A stretch of 63,961 bases of DNA, the filler included, from Craspedostauros australis (Eukaryota), in the NCBI GenBank assembly GCA_030167865.1. It is 17 parts of 17 records of this genome, joined end to end, with 100 filler letters (N's around TTAATTAATTAA, not from the genome) between each part and the next. Parts side by side here need not be neighbours in the genome. Positions count along the whole stretch, not along the records: positions 56,968 to 62,570 come from JALAGF010004725.1; positions 62,671 to 63,961 come from JALAGF010004745.1; 15 more parts are not named here. One strand, given 5' to 3'. The notes beneath the pieces are model-generated. The model was not told where the DNA came from. It made no database searches and was given only the letters and a program-made list of their open reading frames with translations. This document shows, piece by piece, positions 59,422 to 63,961 of the stretch. Position 1 is the first letter of the stretch, and each line of letters begins with the position of its first letter. The position numbers and the translations under genes are program-made.

Positions 59422-62400
59422 ATGAGCCGAGCGTCGGATGATGTGTTGCTGAGCGGGTTGCTGGATTCCCCAATCCGCATCCCAGCCGAACCACCTCCAG
59501 CCACCGTCGCGGTACTGGATTACCTCACGAAAACACTCGGTTTCACAGAGGCGTTTGTGACACTCGTGCCACTGTTCGAGCAATGCGAACTCGAAGAAGG
59601 ACTCGACCAAAATTGCGTGATGGACACACTACTCTTCCACGCAGGACGATCCTTGACATCGGTCATTGCAGAACTGCACTACCCAGTTGCCACCACCGCA
59701 TTACGCATGGACTTCAAACGACTGTTTGCCCTCAACAAGGTCAACCACATGAGGAAATTCCTTACAACAGAAGACAACGTGACCACATTTGACTACGACA
59801 GACTTGACCCTGCAGAACTACACGCTACTGCTATGCAGTACAAATACCCGGCCAAGACAAACCCAAGCAAAGTGTTCCACGAGACAACCACCAACAACAT
59901 AGCATTGGCCAGACAGGCATACATGCGCCCACTACAATCAATATCTGAATGGGTTGAATACGTCATGCGCCGCACATCAGGAACACGTGGAACAGCATTT
60001 GCTGATGACACCTTGTCTGCAAGAGAGAATGCACCAGGCAAACAGCAACACGCGTCTGCAACCTCTGATGGCATACCAACGCCGTCTCCTACTGGTGCAT
60101 GCCCCACCTGGCAGTTCACCGTATCCAGCAAGGGTGACACTCAACAATCCGTCAGCAAGGTCATGTCCCCATGGCATGTTGCACCAAAAGTGGTCCAACA
60201 CCCAACTTGGGGGGAAACCATTGGGCTGGGATCGATTGAGATGGAACGGCAACAGCATGGAGCCACATTGGCACCAGGACCAGCATTGGATAAAGGAGGG
60301 GCTCGTTGGCCGGTGCACCCAACCATCCAGGTGATTGGAGCAAGCACCCTGAAAGGAACCGACAATATGAGAGCATGTGGCCCTGGTCATCCTGTGGGAA
60401 ATGAAGGACGCAAGATCCTCGAACCAGTCGTGTCTGTCTGCAACCTTTTCTTCCCTGGCAACATGGAGGATTCGGAAGGCAGCATCACATTATGTTGCGA
60501 TGACGACATGGTTGACGTGGGTGACACCATTGCATCTGATGGGTATCAGATGGTGCCATCATGGACCATCCAGGCTTTCGTTGTCACAAAGCCCATCGTA
60601 TGGGACCCTGGCGGGACAGATGATACAGACGTCGCGCCCTCTGCACCTGTATCCCACACAAAAGGCAGGTTTTTGGCGTACGTTTTGGACTCCAACAACC
60701 TGTATTTCGTTAACATCGCCACATTCGTCAGGCTGCAGCAACACAAGTGCACGGTGATCCAACAGCTTTGCGAGTGTGTTCGTGGACATCGGTGCAACCG
60801 AGGTGGTCAATGCGAACCGGCCAGCCATCAACCGGCGGCCACGGATCACAGGTGGGTTCATTTGTCTAAAACACAAGGCGCACCGGATGATGCAACGGCA
60901 ACAACCCCAGTGCGGTACAACAACAAGCAGTGCATGCTTATTGGCGGTGTTGTGAAACCATTCTGTGCCAGCATGGAGAACCAAGGACTGAAGTTCAGGC
61001 AGGGGCTTGCACAGGGTAATATCCGTGTTGAGCCAGCAATCCCACCAACGTTGGATTCATTGCCATTGCCCATGAACCAAAAGCTGCAGCGATTCCAACG
61101 GTCCAAACCGAAAACGCGACGCCGCATCCAGGGGCGCACCATAACATCTGCAGTTGCTTCTCAACATTGTTGTGCAGCCCACAATGGCCCCACCGCACCA
61201 GTCGAACATCACACCAGTGCCCTGGACGGCGACAACACTCCTGTCCCAACCACAAATGTGCATGTCCAGGACAGCAAGGGCGTCAACAAGGTATCTATCT
61301 GCCATGATTTACCCCATGCGATACACACTCTCTGTCAGCAACGTATCAATGACAGCCAGCGCGCCGCGCCTGCTCAAGGGTATGAAGAGGCCACCGATGA
61401 TGTCCGATACATCGCAGTGGAGTTCCAATGTGGGATTGCCAACGTGGAGGCCTTGGTCTTTTCCGCCCAGCCCCACGTCGAGGCCGCCCGAAGCGAACCG
61501 GACTTCATCGACAGTGCTACGTTCTCCAAGCTGCCGCAACAAGTGCGCAAGGTGATCCGACGGCTTCGCGACCGCGCTCGTGGGTACCGCTGCAACCACG
61601 GTGGCAGGCGTGACCAAACCCACGATCGAGCACCAGCCGCGGATCCCGGGGGGGGTTCGTTTGCCTGTTGCACAAGGAGCACAAGCGGATGCTGCTGCAA
61701 CAACTCCAGCTGCGACAATCCCAATGCAGTACAACGTCAATGAGGCACGTCAGTACCGAAGTCGCATGGACAGTGGCAGCACCACCAACAGGGGCAAAAC
61801 AGCCACTGAATACTCTGACGACAGCAGCAGCTCATGGTCCAATGACACTGACGACGATTATGACGTGATGGAGAGCGCCAACCGGATTCGTAACCTGCGC
61901 ATGTACATTGCGCAAATCCGACATGATGATGCCACACTCACGCCAGTGCAAGGCAGAGAACAGGATCCCACAGCTGCATTGGCATACATCGACGTGCAAG
62001 CCAACACCACTGACGTGAATGAGGAGGCCTACGCAATTTGCGACAGTGGAACGCAGTACTCGATCCTGGGCAGCCTGGGTGACGTATGGCAAGTGGAGAC
62101 TGTGTACGCCGGACGGTTCATCAACGTCATTGGGGCTATCCCATCCAGCATGCGAAAGAATGGGCTCCGAGTGGTATCAGCATGGACCAAGGCCACGCTG
62201 GATGATGGATGCAAAGTCATCCTCAAGGCACACGAATGTGCACTCAACCCCATGAGTCGAGTGACCTTGCTGTCCGAATACCAGCTGCAGTCTAATGGGT
62301 GCGTGGTTGACTCAGCGTCCAAACAGCACTACACATCAATGGACCCGCCCACAAAGGGAACACAGTCGTACGTACCGAGGAAGGGTTCACGCATTGAGCT

Positions 62401-62570
62401 CAAAGTGCGGGATGCACTGATGGCGTTCAGCATTGAGCTACCAACAGAAGATGACCTCGTTGAACTGCCGATCTACGAGATCACCAAGGACGAACCATGG
62501 TCACCTCATGCGGAGTCCAAGGACGACGACGTCGAACCTTTCCAGCTCAGGTCCGTATCCGTGCCCAGTC
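59422..62570 (+). mobile_element. CoDi-like gag-protease, frameshifted near 61650
   Basis: PDFIDSATFSKLPQQVRKVIRRLR corresponds to PTFISQEVFDGLPEKVRRVIMKLR in the 27760 element. Protease AICDSGTQYSILG, TLLSEYQLQ and LKVRDALMAF. Confidence 0.82.
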
Positions 62571-62670
62571 NNNNNNNNNNNNNNNNNNNNNNNNNNNNNN
62601 NNNNNNNNNNNNNNTTAATTAATTAANNNNNNNNNNNNNNNNNNNNNNNNNNNNNNNNNNNNNNNNNNNN

Positions 62671-63262
62671 GAAGAAACACAACAAATGACAAAAAGCACT
62701 TTGGAGTCGTACTAGTCGTAAACTGAAGTATTTGATGCACTTGCCGGGTGTCCCTGGACACAAGCATCTGCATGGAGTGAAGTTCCAAGGGATTGTTGGT
62801 GCAGATGGATTGATTCTTCATTACTATGGGCCCATCCTGGGTGCCCGTCATGACATGCACATGCTGCGTGAGAGTGAAGTTGAGGATCACTTGCGCCAAT
62901 TGATGCCGTTGCCTGGTCACGATCCGCTGTATTGTTTGTATGGCGATCCGGCGTACCAAACAACAGCATACATCCTTGGTGCATTTCGCAACACCACTCG
63001 GGGTTCTTCTGAAGCTCTGTGCAACAAGGACATGTCTAGTGCACGAATCTGTGTTGAGTGGGAGTTCATGGAGATCGGCAGGAACTTCCCATTGCTGGGG
63101 GTGAAGAATCAGCTCAAGATGTATTGGAATCCGCTCACCCACATGCAGTACATTGCGGCATTTTTCACCAACCTTCGTTGCACACTCTATGGCAATGAGC
63201 AATCATCGCGATACACATCTGAAAAGCTATCCATGGAGGAGTATATCAGCTTGATTCCATGA
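62671..63262 (+). mobile_element. PIF/Harbinger-type (DDE_Tnp_4) transposase, C-terminal part
   Basis: GHKHLHGVKFQGIV..DGLI...GP..GARHD, LYGDPAY and N..MSSARICVEWEF. Confidence 0.88.
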
Positions 63263-63363
63263 TCCAATTGGCTGTCGTTCATTTCAATAATGTGCACTTT
63301 CGATAGTGCCATACATAATCAACTGTTACTATGTCCTACTTACATCACGTTCGTGGCGCATGT

Positions 63364-63615
63364 GATGGCGTTGCTGATGGCGTTGCAATTGATGGCGTTG
63401 CTGATAATAACGTTGCTGATGATGGCGTCGCTGATGATGGCATCGCTGATGATGGCGTCACTGTTGATGGCGTTGCGGATGATGGAGTTGCTGATGATGG
63501 AGTCGCTGATGATGGAGTTGCTGATGATGGCGTTGCTGATGATGGCGTCGCTGATAACAACGTCGCAAATGATGGCGTTGCTGATGATGGCGTCGCTGAT
63601 AACAACGTTGATAAT
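63364..63615. repeat. 15-bp minisatellite (GATGGCGTTGCTGAT)n, ~17 units
   Basis: Direct reading of the sequence. Produces spurious repetitive ORFs in several frames. Confidence 0.9.
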
Positions 63616-63961
63616 CAGCAATTACACACAGGACAAGAGGGGAGCACCAAACACTGCACTTACGACGCCGCCTGGGTGATCAATCCAATAGGTGAAGTTG
63701 GAGATGTTTGGTGTTGTTGTTGTTGCTATTAGTTGGTGTGTCAATTGATGATTGAGTTTGATTATGAGATGATGATCTCCTATTTCTAATGATGGTGCCT
63801 AATGCACGGTTGCTAACGTGCTGCTCGATTACCTCGTGGTTTCTCTCGCAGTCTTTTCTAAAACATTGCCCAAGATAGCATGTTGATCTACACGATACTC
63901 CGTGTTATTCTCGCCTTTGGGTCTTTCTTCATCTCTCCTGGTCTTGCCTAATCTTGATCTC

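Overview
Eukaryotic, repeat-rich DNA, most likely a diatom or other stramenopile (inferred from CoDi-like Copia, Ambal-like non-LTR and diatom-type DIRS elements, and from type II membrane LRR proteins). The window is not contiguous. It is 17 short contigs joined by 16 artificial 100-bp spacers (N44-TTAATTAATTAA-N44), so neighbourhood across spacers means nothing. Host-like genes: two tandem TM-stalk-LRR receptor-like genes (one with a mosaic array of 72-bp LRR cassettes), a GST/metaxin-like gene, a sulfotransferase pseudogene hit by three insertions, an ankyrin pseudogene and a small TM-protein ORF. The rest is nested mobile DNA: several Copia families, a DIRS/YR element, Ambal-like LINE fragments, Harbinger and Sola-like transposases, MITEs, solo LTRs and a ~181-bp satellite. 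The most striking observation is a ~206-bp mobile unit present twice, with fixed ends and 5-bp target-site duplications (TSDs), that carries an internal TATA + tRNA-like + T-tract Pol III cassette. It looks like a solo LTR carrying a tRNA gene, analogous to the 5S rRNA in Cassandra LTRs. It sits among other LTR-like families with non-canonical termini (TA..TA, AG..CT) or 6-bp TSDs.
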